Origin: Eledone cirrhosa
Taxonomy: Eukaryota
Assembly: GCA_964016885.1 (NCBI GenBank)
Contig: OZ024742.1
Location: 143,716,001-143,780,000, forward strand
DNA length: 64,000 bases
Direction: 5' to 3'
Shown here piece after piece: positions 1 to 15,000 of this stretch (the first letter of the stretch is position 1; the number at the start of each line of letters is the position of its first letter). A program made the position numbers and the translations under genes. Below the pieces are notes generated by a model that saw nothing but the letters and a program-made list of their open reading frames with translations, was not told the DNA's origin and made no database searches.

Positions 1-3000
1 CAGTGGTGTGATAATGGTGTTGTTGTTGTGATGGTGACAGTGGTGTGATAATGGTGTTGTTGTTGTTGTGATGGTGGCAGTGGTGTGATAATGGTGTTGT
101 TGTTGTTGTGATGGTGGCAGTGGTGTGATAATGGTGTTGTTGTGATGGTGGTAGTGGTGTGATAATGGTGTTGTTGTTGTTGTGATGGTGGCAGTGGTGT
201 GATAATGGTGTTGTTGTTGTGATGGTGGCAGTGGTGTTATAATGGTGTTGTTGTTGTGATGGTGGTAGTGGTGTGATAATGGTGTTGTTGTTGTCATGGT
301 GGCAGTGGTGTGATAATGGTGTTGTTGTTGTTGTGATGGTGGCAGTGGTGTGATAATGGTGTTGTTGTTGTTGTGATGGTGGCAGTGGTGTGATAAAGGT
401 GTTGTTGTGATGGTGGCAGTGGTGTGATAATGGTGTTGTTGTTGTGATGGTGTTAGTGGAGTGTTAATAGTGTTGTTGTTGTGATGGTGGTAGTGGTGTG
501 ATAATGGTGTTGTTGTTGTTGTGATGGTGGTAGTGGTGTGATAATGGTGTTGTTGTTGTGATGTTTGTAGTGGTGCGATAATGGTGTTGTTGTTCTGATG
601 GTGGCAGTGGTTTTATAATGGTGTTGTTGTTGTTGTGATGGTGGCAGCGGTGTGATAATGGTGTTGTTGTTGTGATCGTGGTAGTGCTGTGATAATGGTG
701 TTGTTGTTGTTGTGATGGTGGTAGTGGTGTGATAATGGTGTGGTTGTTGTGATGATGGTTGTGGTCTGATAATGGTGTTGTTGTTGTGATGGTGGTAGTG
801 GTGTGATAATGGTGTTGTTGTTGTGATGGTTGTAGTGTTGTGATAATGGTGTTTTTGTTGTTGATTGTGGCAGTGGTGTGATAATGGTGTTGTTGTTGTT
901 GTGATGATCGTAGTGGTGTGATAATGGTGTTGTTGTTGTGGTGATGGTGGTAGTGGTGTAATAATGGTGTTATTGTTGTTGTGGTGGTGGCAGTGGTGTG
1001 ATAATAGTGTTGTTGTTGTTGTGATGGTGGCAGTGGTGTGATAATGTTGTTGTTGTTGTTGTGATGGTGACAGTGGTGTGATGATGGTGTTGTTGTTGTT
1101 GTGGTGGCAGTGGTGTTATAATGGCGTTGTTGTTGTGATGGTGGCAGTGGTGTGATAATGGTGTTCTTGTTGTTGTGATGGTGGCAGTGGTGTGATAATG
1201 GTGTTGTTGTTGTTGTGATGGTGGTAGTGATGTGATAATGGTGTTGTTGTTGTGATGGTGGCAGTGGTGTGATAATGGTGTTGTTGTTGTGATGGTGACA
1301 GTGGTGTGATAATAGTGTTGTTGTTGTGATGGTGACAGTGGTGTGATAATGGTGTTGTTGTTGTGATGGTGACAGAGGTGTGATAATGGTGTTGTTGTTG
1401 TTGTGATGGTGGTAGTGGTGTGATAATGGTGTTGTTGTTGCGATGGTGGTAGTGGTCTGATAATGGTGTTGTTGTTGTTGTGATGGTGGCAGTGGTGTGA
1501 TAATGGTGTTGTTGTTGTCATGATGGCGGCAATGGGGTTATAATAGTGTTGTTGTTGTGATTGTGGTAGAGGTGTGACAATGGTGTTGTTGTTGTTGTGA
1601 TGGTGGTAGTGGTGTGATAATGGTGTTGTTGTTGTTGTTGTGATGCTGGTAGTGGTGTGATAATAGTGTTGTTGTTGTGATGGTGGTAGTGGTGCGATAA
1701 TGGTGTTGTTGTTGTGATGGTGGCAGTGGTTTTATAATTGTGTTGTTGTTGTTGTGATGGTGGCAGCGGTGTGATAATGGTGTTGTGGTTGTGATTGTGT
1801 TAGTGGTGTGATAATGGTGTTGTTGTTGTTGTGATGGTGGTAGTGGTGTGATAATGGTGTGGTTGTTGTGATGGTGGTAGTGGTGTGATAATGGTGTGGT
1901 TGTTGTGATGGTGGTAGTGGGTTGATAATAGTGTTGTTGTTGTGATGGTTGTAGTGGTGTGAAAATGGTGTTATTGTTGTGATGGTGGCAGTGGTGTGAT
2001 AATGGTGTTGTTGTTGTTGTGATGGTGGTAGTGATGTGATAATGGTGTTGTTGTTGTGATGGTGGCAGTGGTGTGATAATGGTGTTGTTGTTGTGATGGT
2101 GGCAGTTGTGTTATAATGGTGTTGTTGTTGTTGTGATGGTGGCAGTGGTGTGATAATGGTGTTGTTGTTGTTGTGATGGTGGCAGTGGTGTGATAATGGT
2201 GTTGTTGTTGTGATGGTGGTAGTGGTGTGATAATGGTGTTGTTGTTGTTGTGATGGTGGGAGTGCTGTGATAATGGTGTTGTTGTTGTTGTGATGGTGGC
2301 AGTGGTGTGATAATGGTGTTGTTGTTGTGATGGTGGTAGTGGTGTGATAATGGTGTTGTTGTCGTGATGGTGGCAGTGGTGTGATAATGGTGTTGTTGTC
2401 GTGATGGTGGCAGTGGTGTGATAATGGTGTTGTTGTTGTGATGGTGGCAGTGGTGTGATAATGGTGTTGTTGTTGTGATGGTGGTAGTGGTGTGATAATG
2501 GTATTGTTGTTGTTGTGATGTTAGGTAGTGGTGTGATAATGGTGTTGTTGTGGTGATGGTGGCAGTGGTGTGATTATGCTGTTGTTGCTGTTGTGATGGT
2601 GGTAGTGGTGTGATAATGGTGTTGTTGTTGTTGTGATGGTGGCAGTGGAGTGATAATGTTGTTGTTGTTGTTGTGAAGGTGGCAGTGGTGTGATAATGTT
2701 GTTGTTGTTGTGATGGTGGTAGTGGTGTGATAATGGTGTTGTTGTTGTGATGGTGACAGTGGTGTGATAATAGTGTTGTTGTTGTGATGGTGACAGTGGT
2801 GTGATAATGGTGTTGTTGTTGTGATGGTGACAGAGGTGTGATAATGGTGTTGTTGTTGTTGTGATGGTGGTAGTGGTGTGATAATGGTGTTGTTGTTGCG
2901 ATGGTGGTAGTGGTCTGATAATGGTGTTGTTGTTGTTGTGATGGTGGCAGTGGTGTGATAATGGTGTTGTTGTTGTCATGATGGCGGCAATGGGGTTATA

Positions 3001-6000
3001 ATAGTGTTGTTGTTGTGATTGTGGTAGAGGTGTGACAATGGTGTTGTTGTTGTTGTGATGGTGGTAGTGGTGTGATAATGGTGTTGTTGTTGTTGTTGTG
3101 ATGCTGGTAGTGGTGTGATAATAGTGTTGTTGTTGTGATGGTGGTAGTGGTGCGATAATGGTGTTGTTGTTGTGATGGTGGCAGTGGTTTTATAATTGTG
3201 TTGTTGTTGTGATGGTGGCAGCGGTGTGATAATGGTGTTGTGGTTGTGATTGTGTTAGTGGTGTGATAATGGTGTTGTTGTTGTTGTGATGGTGGTAGTG
3301 GTGTGATAATGGTGTGGTTGTTGTGATGGTGGTAGTGGTGTGATAATGGTGTGGTTGTTGTGATGGTGGTAGTGGGTTGATAATAGTGTTGTTGTTGTGA
3401 TGGTTGTAGTGGTGTGAAAATGGTGTTATTGTTGTGATGGTGGCAGTGGTGTGATAATGGTGTTGTTGTTGTTGTGATGTTGGCAGTGGTGTGATAATTG
3501 TGTTGTTGTTGTCTTGATGGTGGTAGTGGTGTGATAATGGTGTTGTTGTTGTGATGGTGGCAGTGGTGTGATAATGGTGTTGTGGTTTTTGTGGTGGTGG
3601 CAGTGGTGTGATAATGGTGTTGTTGTTGTTTTGATGGTGGCAGTGGTGTGATAATGGTGTTGTTTTTGTGATGGTGGCTGTGGTGTGATAATAGTATTGT
3701 TGTTGTTATGGTGGCAGTGGTGTGATAATGGTGTTGTGGTTGTTGTGGTGGTGGCAGTGGTTTGATAATGGTGTTATTGTTGTGATGGTGTTAGTGCTGT
3801 GATAATGGGGTTGCTGTTGTTGTGATGGTGGCAGTGCTGTGATAACGGTGTTGTTGTTGTTGTGATGGTGGTAGTGGTGTGATAATGGTGTTGCTGTTGT
3901 GATGGTGGCAGTGGTGTGATAATGGTGTTGTTGTTGTGATGGTGGCAGTGGTGTGATAATAGTTTTGTTGTTGTTGTGATGGTGGCAGTGGTGTGATAAT
4001 GGTGTTGTGGTTGTTGTGATGGTGTCAGTGGTGTGATAATGGTGTTGTTGTTGTTGTGATGGTGCCAGTGGTGTGATAATGGTGTTGTTGTTGTGATGAT
4101 GGTAGTGGTGTGATAATGGTGTTGTTGTGATGATGGGAGTGTTGTGATAATGGTGTTGTTGTTGTTGTTGTGATGGTGGCGGTGGTGTTATAATGGTGTT
4201 GTGGTTGTGATGGTGGCAGTGGTGTGATAATGGTGTTGTTGTTGTGATGGTAGCAGTGGTGTGATAATGGTGTTGTTATTGTGGTGGTGGTAGTGGTGTG
4301 ATAATGGTGTTGTTGTTGTTGTGATGGTGGCAGTGGTGTGATAATGGTGTTGTTGTTGTTGTGATGGTGGTAGTGGTGTGATAATGGTGTTGTTGTTGTA
4401 ATGGTGGTAGTGGTGTGATAATGGTGTTGTTGTTGTGATGGTGGTAGTGGTGTGATAATGGTGTTGTTGTTGTGATGGTGGTAGTGGTGTGATAATGGTG
4501 TGGTTGTTGTGATGGTGGCAGTGGTGTAATAATGGTGTTGTTGTTGTGATGGTGACAGTGGTGTGATAATAGTGTTGTTGTTGTGATGCTGACAGTGGTG
4601 TGATAATGGTGTTGTTGTTGTGATGGTGTCAGAGGTGTGATAATGGTGTTGTTGTAGTTGTGATGGTGGTAGTGGTGTGATAATGGTGTTGTTGTTGCGA
4701 TGGTGGTAGTGGTGTGATAATGGTGTTGTTGTTGTTGTGATGGTGGTAGTGGTGTGATAATGGTATTGTTGTCATGATGGCGGCAATGGGGTGATAATAG
4801 TGTTGTTGTTGTGATTGTGGTAGAGGTGTGACAATGGTGTTGTTGTTGTTGTGATGGTGGTAGTGGTGTGATAATGGTGTTGTTGTTGTTGTTGTGATGG
4901 TGGTAGTGGTGTGATAATGGTGTTGTTGTTGTGATGGTGGTAGTGGTGCGATAATGGTGTTGTTGTTGTGATGGTGGCAGTGCTTTTATAACGGTGTTGT
5001 TGTTGTTGTGATGGTGGCTGTGGTCTGATAATAGTGTTGTTGTTGTGATGGTGGCAGTGGTGTGATAATGGTGTTGTGGTTGTTGTGGTGGTGGTAGTGG
5101 TGTGATAATGGTGTTGTTGTTGTTGTGATGGTGGTAGTGCTGTCATAATGGTGTTGCTGTTGTTGTGATGGTGGTAGTGGTGTGATAATGGTGTTGTTGT
5201 TGTTGTGATGGTGGTAGTGGTGTGATAATGGTGTTATTGTTGTGGTAGTGGTAGTGGTGTGATAATGGTGTTATTGTTGTTGTGATGGTGGCAGTGGTGT
5301 GATAATGGTGTTGTTGTTGTTGTGATGGTGGTAGTGGTGTGATAATGGTGTTGTTGTTGTGATGGTGGTAGTGGTGTGATAATGGTGTTGTTGTCATGAT
5401 GGGGGCAATGGGGTGATAATGGTGTTGTTGTTGTTATTGTGGTAGAGGTGTGATAATGGTGTTGTTGTTGTTGTGATGGTGGTAGTGGTGTGATAATGGT
5501 GTTGTTGTTGTTGTGATGGTGGTAGTGGTGTGATAATAGTGTTGCTGTTGTGATGGTGGTAGTGGTGCGATAATGGTGTTGTTGTTGTGATGGTGGCAGT
5601 GGTTTTATAATTGTGTTGTTGTTGTTGTGATGGTGGCAGCGGTGTGATAATGGTGTTGTGGTTGTGATTGTGTTAGTGGTGTGATAATGGTGTTGTTGTT
5701 GTTGTGATGGTGGTAGTGGTGTGATAATGGTGTGGTTGTTGTGATGGTGGTAGTGGTGTGATAATGGTGTTGTTGTTGTGATGGTGGTAGTGGGTTGATA
5801 ATAGTGTCGTTGTTGTGATGGTGACAGTGGTGTGTTAATGGTGTTGTTGTTGTTGTTGTTGTTGTAATGGTGGTAGTGGTGTGATAATGATGTTGTTGTT
5901 GTGATGGTGGTACTGGTGTGATAATGGTGTTATTGTTGTGATGGTGGCAGTGGTGTGATAAGGATGTTGTAGTTGTGATGGAGGCAGTCGTGTGATAATA

Positions 6001-9000
6001 GAGTTGTTGTTGTGATGGTGGCAGTGGTGTGATAATAGTGTTGTTGTTGTGATGGTGGCAGTGGTGTGATAATGGTGTTGTTGTTGTGATGGTGGTAGTG
6101 GTGTGATAATAGTGTTGTTGTTGTGATGGTGGCAGTGGTGTGATAATAGTGTTGTTGTTGTGATGGTGGCAGTGGGGTGTTAATGGTGTTGTTGTTGTGG
6201 TGGTGGCAGTGGTGTCATAATGGTGTTGTTGTTGTTGTGATGGTGGCTTTGGTGTGATAATGGTGTTGTTGTTGTCATAGTGTCAGTGGTGTGATAATGG
6301 TGTTGTTGTTGTAGTGATGGTGTCAGTGGTGTGATAATGGTGTTGTTGTTGTTGTGATGGTGGCAGTGGTGTGATAATGGTGTTGTTGTTGTTGTGATGG
6401 TGGTACTGGTGTGATAATAGTGTGGTTGTTGTGATGGTGGTAGTGGTGTGATAATGGTGTTGTTGTTGTGATGGTGGTAGTGGTGTGATAATGGTGTTGT
6501 TGTTGTGATGGTGGAAGTGGTGTGATAATAGTGTTGTTGTTGTGATGGTGGCAGTGGTGTGATAATCTTGTTGTTGTTGTGATGGTAGTAGTGGTGTGAT
6601 AATGTTGTTGTTGTTGTGATGGTGGCAGTGGTGTAATAATGGTGTTGTTGTTGTGATGGTGACAGTGGTGTGATAATGGTGTTGTTGTTGTGATGGTGAC
6701 AGTGGTGTGATAATGGTGTTGTTGTTGTTGTGATGGTGGCAGTGGTGTGATAATGGTGTTGTTGTTGTTGTGATGGTGGCAGTGGTGTGATAATGGTGTT
6801 GTTGTGATGGTGGTAGTGGTGTGATAATGGTGTTGTTGTTGTTGTGATGGTGGCAGTGGTGTGATAATGGTGTTGTTGTTGTGATGGTGGCAGTGGTGTT
6901 ATAATGGTGTTGTTGTTGTGATGGTGGTAGTGGTGTGATAATGGTGTTGTTGTTGTCATGGTGGCAGTGGTGTGATAATGGTGTTGTTGTTGTTGTGATG
7001 GTGGCAGTGGTGTGATAATGGTGTTGTTGTTGTTGTGATGGTGGCAGTGGTGTGATAATGGTGTTGTTGTTGTGATGGTGTTAGTGGAGTGTTAATAGTG
7101 TTGTTGTTGTGATGGTGGTAGTGGTGTGATAATGGTGTTGTTGTTGTTGTGATGGTGGTAGTGGTGTGATAATGGTGTTGTTGTTGTGATGTTTGTAGTG
7201 GTGCGATAATGGTGTTGTTGTTCTGATGGTGGCAGTGGTTTTATAATGGTGTTGTTGTTGTTGTGATGGTGGCAGCGGTGTGATAATGGTGTTGTTGTTG
7301 TGATCGTGGTAGTGCTGTGATAATGGTGTTGTTGTTGTTGTGATGGTGGTAGTGGTGTGATAATGGTGTGGTTGTTGTGATGATGGTTGTGGTCTGATAA
7401 TGGTGTTGTTGTTGTGATGGTGGTAGTGGTGTGATAATGGTGTTGTTGTTGTGATGGTTGTAGTGTTGTGATAATGGTGTTTTTGTTGTTGATTGTGGCA
7501 GTGGTGTGATAATGGTGTTGTTGTTGTTGTGATGATCGTAGTGGTGTGATAATGGTGTTGTTGTTGTGGTGATGGTGGTAGTGGTGTGATAATGGTGTTA
7601 TTGTTGTTGTGGTGGTGGCAGTGGTGTGATAATAGTGTTGTTGTTGTTGTGATGGTGGCAGTGGTGTGATAATGTTGTTGTTGTTGTTGTGATGGTGACA
7701 GTGGTGTGATGATGGTGTTGTTGTTGTTGTGGTGGCAGTGGTGTTATAATGGCGTTGTTGTTGTGATGGTGGCAGTGGTGTGATAATGGTGTTCTTGTTG
7801 TTGTGATGGTGGCAGTGGTGTGATAATGGTGTTGTTGTTGTTGTGATGGTGGTAGTGATGTGATAATGGTGTTGTTGTTGTGATGGTGGCAGTGGTGTGA
7901 TAATGGTGTTGTTGTTGTGATGGTGACAGTGGTGTGATAATAGTGTTGTTGTTGTGATGGTGACAGTGGTGTGATAATGGTGTTGTTGTTGTGATGGTGA
8001 CAGAGGTGTGATAATGGTGTTGTTGTTGTTGTGATGGTGGTAGTGGTGTGATAATGGTGTTGTTGTTGCGATGGTGGTAGTGGTCTGATAATGGTGTTGT
8101 TGTTGTTGTGATGGTAGCAGTGGTGTGATAATGGTGTTGTTGTTGTCATGATGGCGGCAATGGGGTTATAATAGTGTTGTTGTTGTGATTGTGGTAGAGG
8201 TGTGACAATGGTGTTGTTGTTGTTGTGATGGTGGTAGTGGTGTGATAATGGTGTTGTTGTTGTTGTTGTGATGCTGGTAGTGGTGTGATAATAGTGTTGT
8301 TGTTGTGATGGTGGTAGTGGTGCGATAATGGTGTTGTTGTTGTGATGGTGGCAGTGGTTTTATAATTGTGTTGTTGTTGTTGTGATGGTGGCAGCGGTGT
8401 GATAATGGTGTTGTGGTTGTGATTGTGTTAGTGGTGTGATAATGGTGTTGTTGTTGTTGTGATGGTGGTAGTGGTGTGATAATGGTGTGGTTGTTGTGAT
8501 GGTGGTAGTGGTGTGATAATGGTGTGGTTGTTGTGATGGTGGTAGTGGGTTGATAATAGTGTTGTTGTTGTGATGGTTGTAGTGGTGTGAAAATGGTGTT
8601 ATTGTTGTGATGGTGGCAGTGGTGTGATAATGGTGTTGTTGTTGTTGTGATGGTGGTAGTGATGTGATAATGGTGTTGTTGTTGTGATGGTGGCAGTGGT
8701 GTGATAATGGTGTTGTTGTTGTGATGGTGGCAGTTGTGTTATAATGGTGTTGTTGTTGTTGTGATGGTGGCAGTGGTGTGATAATGGTGTTGTTGTTGTT
8801 GTGATGGTGGCAGTGGTGTGATAATGGTGTTGTTGTTGTGATGGTGGTAGTGGTGTGATAATGGTGTTGTTGTTGTTGTGATGGTGGGAGTGCTGTGATA
8901 ATGGTGTTGTTGTTGTTGTGATGGTGGCAGTGGTGTGATAATGGTGTTGTTGTTGTGATGGTGGTAGTGGTGTGATAATGGTGTTGTTGTCGTGATGGTG

Positions 9001-12000
9001 GCAGTGGTGTGATAATGGTGTTGTTGTCGTGATGGTGGCAGTGGTGTGATAATGGTGTTGTTGTTGTGATGGTGGCAGTGGTGTGATAATGGTGTTGTTG
9101 TTGTGATGGTGGTAGTGGTGTGATAATGGTATTGTTGTTGTTGTGATGTTAGGTAGTGGTGTGATAATGGTGTTGTTGTGGTGATGGTGGCAGTGGTGTG
9201 ATTATGCTGTTGTTGCTGTTGTGATGGTGGTAGTGGTGTGATAATGGTGTTGTTGTTGTTGTGATGGTGGCAGTGGAGTGATAATGTTGTTGTTGTTGTT
9301 GTGAAGGTGGCAGTGGTGTGATAATGTTGTTGTTGTTGTGATGGTGGTAGTGGTGTGATAATGGTGTTGTTGTTGTGATGGTGACAGTGGTGTGATAATA
9401 GTGTTGTTGTTGTGATGGTGACAGTGGTGTGATAATGGTGTTGTTGTTGTGATGGTGACAGAGGTGTGATAATGGTGTTGTTGTTGTTGTGATGGTGGTA
9501 GTGGTGTGATAATGGTGTTGTTGTTGCGATGGTGGTAGTGGTCTGATAATGGTGTTGTTGTTGTTGTGATGGTGGCAGTGGTGTGATAATGGTGTTGTTG
9601 TTGTCATGATGGCGGCAATGGGGTTATAATAGTGTTGTTGTTGTGATTGTGGTAGAGGTGTGACAATGGTGTTGTTGTTGTTGTGATGGTGGTAGTGGTG
9701 TGATAATGGTGTTGTTGTTGTTGTTGTGATGCTGGTAGTGGTGTGATAATAGTGTTGTTGTTGTGATGGTGGTAGTGGTGCGATAATGGTGTTGTTGTTG
9801 TGATGGTGGTAGTGGTTTTATAATTGTGTTGTTGTTGTTGTGATGGTGGCAGCGGTGTGATAATGGTGTTGTGGTTGTGATTGTGTTAGTGGTGTGATAA
9901 TGGTGTTGTTGTTGTTGTGATGGTGGTAGTGGTGTGATAATGGTGTGGTTGTTGTGATGGTGGTAGTGGTGTGATAATGGTGTGGTTGTTGTGATGGTGG
10001 TAGTGGGTTGATAATAGTGTTGTTGTTGTGATGGTTGTAGTGGTGTGAAAATGGTGTTATTGTTGTGATGGTGGCAGTGGTGTGATAATGGTGTTGTTGT
10101 TGTTGTGATGGTGGCAGTGGTGTGATAATTGTGTTGTTGTTGTCGTGATGGTGGTAGTGGTGTGATAATGGTGTTGTTGTTGTGATGGTGGCAGTGGTGT
10201 GATAATGGTGTTGTGGTTTTTGTGGTGGTGGCAGTGGTGTGATAATGGTGTTGTTGTTGTTTTGATGGTGGCAGTGGTGTGATAATGGTGTTGTTTTTGT
10301 GATGGTGGCTGTGGTGTGATAATAGTATTGTTGTTGTTATGGTGGCAGTGGTGTGATAATGGTGTTGTGGTTGTTGTGGTGGTGGCAGTGGTTTGATAAT
10401 GGTGTTATTGTTGTGATGGTGTTAGTGCTGTGATAATGGGGTTGCTGTTGTTGTGATGGTGGCAGTGCTGTGATAACGGTGTTGTTGTTGTTGTGATGGT
10501 GGTAGTGGTGTGATAATGGTGTTGCTGTTGTGATGGTGGCAGTGGTGTGATAATGGTGTTGTTGTTGTGATGGTGGCAGTGGTGTGATAATAGTTTTGTT
10601 GTTGTTGTGATGGTGGCAGTGGTGTGATAATGGTGTTGTGGTTGTTGTGATGGTGTCAGTGGTGTGATAATGGTGTTGTTGTTGTTGTGATGGTGCCAGT
10701 GGTGTGATAATGGTGTTGTTGTTGTGATGATGGTAGTGGTGTGATAATGGTGTTGTTGTGATGATGGGAGTGTTGTGATAATGGTGTTGTTGTTGTTGTT
10801 GTGATGATGGCGGTGGTGTTATAATGGTGTTGTGGTTGTGATGGTGGCAGTGGTGTGATAATGGTGTTGTTGTTGTGATGGTAGCAGTGGTGTGATAATG
10901 GTGTTGTTATTGTGGTGGTGGTAGTGGTGTGATAATGGTGTTGTTGTTGTTGTGATGGTGGCAGTGGTGTGATAATGGTGTTGTTGTTGTTGTGATGGTG
11001 GTAGTGGTGTGATAATGGTGTTGTTGTTGTGATGGTGGTAGTGGTGTGATAATGGTGTTGTTGTTGTGATGGTGGTAGTGGTGTGATAATGGTGTTGTTA
11101 TTGTTATTATTGTGATGTTGGCAGTGGTGTGATAATGGTGTTGTTGTTGTGATGGTGGTAGTGGGTTGATAATAGTGTCGTTGTTGTGATGGTGACAGTG
11201 GTGTGTTAATGGTGTTGTTGTTGTTGTTGTTGTTGTAATGGTGGTAGTGGTGTGATAATGATGTTGTTGTTGTGATGGTGGTACTGGTGTGATAATGGTG
11301 TTATTGTTGTGATGGTGGCAGTGGTGTGATAAGGATGTTGTAGTTGTGATGGAGGCAGTCGTGTGATAATAGTGTTGTTGTTGTGATGGTGGCAGTGGTG
11401 TGATAATAGTGTTGTTGTTGTGATGGTGGCAGTGGTGTGATAATGGTGTTGTTGTTGTGATGGTGGTAGTGGTGTGATAATAGTGTTGTTGTTGTGATGG
11501 TGGCAGTGGTGTGATAATAGTGTTGTTGTTGTGATGGTGGCAGTGGGGTGTTAATGGTGTTGTTGTTGTGGTGGTGGCAGTGGTGTCATAATGGTGTTGT
11601 TGTTGTTGTGATGGTGGCTTTGGTGTGATAATGGTGTTGTTGTTGTCATAGTGTCAGTGGTGTGATAATGGTGTTGTTATTGTAGTGATAGTGTCAGTGG
11701 TGTGATAATGGTGTTGTTGTTGTTGTGATGGTGGCAGTGGTGTGATAATGGTGTTGTTGTTGTTGTGATGGTGGTACTGGTGTGATAATAGTGTGGTTGT
11801 TGTGATGGTGGTAGTGGTGTGATAATGGTGTTGTTGTTGTGATGGTGGTAGTGGTGTGATAATGGTGTTGTTGTTGTGATGGTGGAAGTGGTGTGATAAT
11901 AGTGCTGTTGTTGTGATGGTGGCAGTGGTGTGATAATCTTGTTGTTGTTGTGATGGTAGTAGTGGTGTGATAATGTTGTTGTTGTTGTGATGGTGGCAGT

Positions 12001-15000
12001 GGTGTAATAATGGTGTTGTTGTTGTGATGGTGACAGTGGTGTGATAATGGTGTTGTTGTTGTGATGGTGACAGTGGTGTGATAATGGTGTTGTTGTTGTT
12101 GTGATGGTGGCAGTGGTGTGATAATGGTGTTGTTGTTGTTGTGATGGTGGCAGTGGTGTGATAATGGTGTTGTTGTGATGGTGGTAGTGGTGTGATAATG
12201 GTGTTGTTGTTGTTGTGATGGTGGCAGTGGTGTGATAATGGTGTTGTTGTTGTGATGGTGGCAGTGGTGTTATAATGGTGTTGTTGTTGTGATGGTGGTA
12301 GTGGTGTGATAATGGTGTTGTTGTTGTCATCGTGGCAGTGGTGTGATAATGGTGTTGTTGTTGTTGTGATGGTGGCAGTGGTGTGATAATGGTGTTGTTG
12401 TTGTTGTGATGGTGGCAGTGGTGTGATAATGGTGTTGTTGTTGTGATGGTGTTAGTGGAGTGTTAATAGTGTTGTTGTTGTGATGGTGGTAGTGGTGTGA
12501 TAATGGTGTTGTTGTTGTTGTGATGGTGGTAGTGGTGTGATAATGGTGTTGTTGTTGTGATGGTGGTAGTGGTGCGATAATGGTGTTGTTGTTCTGATGG
12601 TGGCAGTGGTTTTATAATGGTGTTGTTGTTGTTGTGATGGTGGCAGCGGTGTGATAATGGTGTTGTTGTTGTGATCGTGGTAGTGCTGTGATAATGGTGT
12701 TGTTGTTGTTGTGATGGTGGTAGTGGTGTGATAATGGTGTGGTTGTTGTGATGATGGTTGTGGTCTGATAATGGTGTTGTTGTTGTGATGGTGGTAGTGG
12801 TGTGATAATGGTGTTGTTGTTGTGATGGTTGTAGTGTTGTGATAATGGTGTTTTTGTTGTTGATTGTGGCAGTGGTGTGATAATGGTGTTGTTGTTGTTG
12901 TGATGATCGTAGTGGTGTGATAATGGTGTTGTTGTTGTGGTGATGGTGGTAGTGGTGTAATAATGGTGTTATTGTTGTTGTGGTGGTGGCAGTGGTGTGA
13001 TAATAGTGTTGTTGTTGTTGTGATGGTGGCAGTGGTGTGATAATGTTGTTGTTGTTGTTGTGATGGTGACAGTGGTGTGATGATGGTGTTGTTGTTGTTG
13101 TGGTGGCAGTGGTGTTATAATGGCGTTGTTGTTGTGATGGTGGCAGTGGTGTGATAATGGTGTTGTTGTTGTTGTGATGGTGGCAGTGGTGTGATAATGG
13201 TGTTGTTGTTGTTGTGATGGTGGTAGTGATGTGATAATGGTGTTGTTGTTGTGATGGTGGCAGTGGTGTGATAATGGTGTTGTTGTTGTGATGGTGACAG
13301 TGGTGTGATAATAGTGTTGTTGTTGTGATGGTGACAGTGGTGTGATAATGGTGTTGTTGTTGTGATGGTGACAGAGGTGTGATAATGGTGTTGTTGTTGT
13401 TGTGATGGTGGTAGTGGTGTGATAATGGTGTTGTTGTTGCGATGGTGGTAGTGGTCTGATAATGGTGTTGTTGTTGTTGTGATGGTGGCAGTGGTGTGAT
13501 AATGGTGTTGTTGTTGTCATGATGGCGGCAATGGGGTTATAATAGTGTTGTTGTTGTGATTGTGGTAGAGGTGTGACAATGGTGTTGTTGTTGTTGTGAT
13601 GGTGGTAGTGGTGTGATAATGGTGTTGTTGTTGTTGTTGTGATGCTGGTAGTGGTGTGATAATAGTGTTGTTGTTGTGATGGTGGTAGTGGTGCGATAAT
13701 GGTGTTGTTGTTGTGATGGTGGCAGTGGTTTTATAATTGTGTTGTTGTTGTTGTGATGGTGGCAGCGGTGTGATAATGGTGTTGTGGTTGTGATTGTGTT
13801 AGTGGTGTGATAATGGTGTTGTTGTTGTTGTGATGGTGGTAGTGGTGTGATAATGGTGTGGTTGTTGTGATGGTGGTAGTGGTGTGATAATGGTGTGGTT
13901 GTTGTGATGGTGGTAGTGGGTTGATAATAGTGTTGTTGTTGTGATGGTTGTAGTGGTGTGAAAATGGTGTTATTGTTGTGATGGTGGCAGTGGTGTGATA
14001 ATGGTGTTGTTGTTGTTGTGATGGTGGTAGTGATGTGATAATGGTGTTGTTGTTGTGATGGTGGCAGTGGTGTGATAATGGTGTTGTTGTTGTGATGGTG
14101 GCAGTTGTGTTATAATGGTGTTGTTGTTGTTGTGATGGTGGCAGTGGTGTGATAATGGTGTTGTTGTTGTTGTGATGGTGGCAGTGGTGTGATAATGGTG
14201 TTGTTGTTGTGATGGTGGTAGTGGTGTGATAATGGTGTTGTTGTTGTTGTGATGGTGGGAGTGCTGTGATAATGGTGTTGTTGTTGTTGTGATGGTGGCA
14301 GTGGTGTGATAATGGTGTTGTTGTTGTGATGGTGGTAGTGGTGTGATAATGGTGTTGTTGTCGTGATGGTGGCAGTGGTGTGATAATGGTGTTGTTGTCG
14401 TGATGGTAGCAGTGGTGTGATAATGGTGTTGTTGTTGTGATGGTGGCAGTCGTGTGATAATGGTGTTGTTGTTGTGATGGTGGTAGTGGTGTGATAATGG
14501 TATTGTTGTTGTTGTGATGTTAGGTAGTGGTGTGATAATGGTGTTGTTGTGGTGATGGTGGCAGTGGTGTGATTATGCTGTTGTTGCTGTTGTGATGGTG
14601 GTAGTGGTGTGATAATGGTGTTGTTGTTGTTGTGATGGTGGCAGTGGAGTGATAATGTTGTTGTTGTTGTTGTTGTGAAGGTGGCAGTGGTGTGATAATG
14701 TTGTTGTTGTTGTGATGGTGGTAGTGGTGTGATAATGGTGTTGTTGTTGTGATGGTGACAGTGGTGTGATAATAGTGTTGTTGTTGTGATGGTGACAGTG
14801 GTGTGATAATGGTGTTGTTGTTGTGATGGTGACAGAGGTGTGATAATGGTGTTGTTGTTGTTGTGATGGTGGTAGTGGTGTGATAATGGTGTTGTTGTTG
14901 CGATGGTGGTAGTGGTCTGATAATGGTGTTGTTGTTGTTGTGATGGTGGCAGTGGTGTGATAATGGTGTTGTTGTTGTCATGATGGCGGCAATGGGGTTA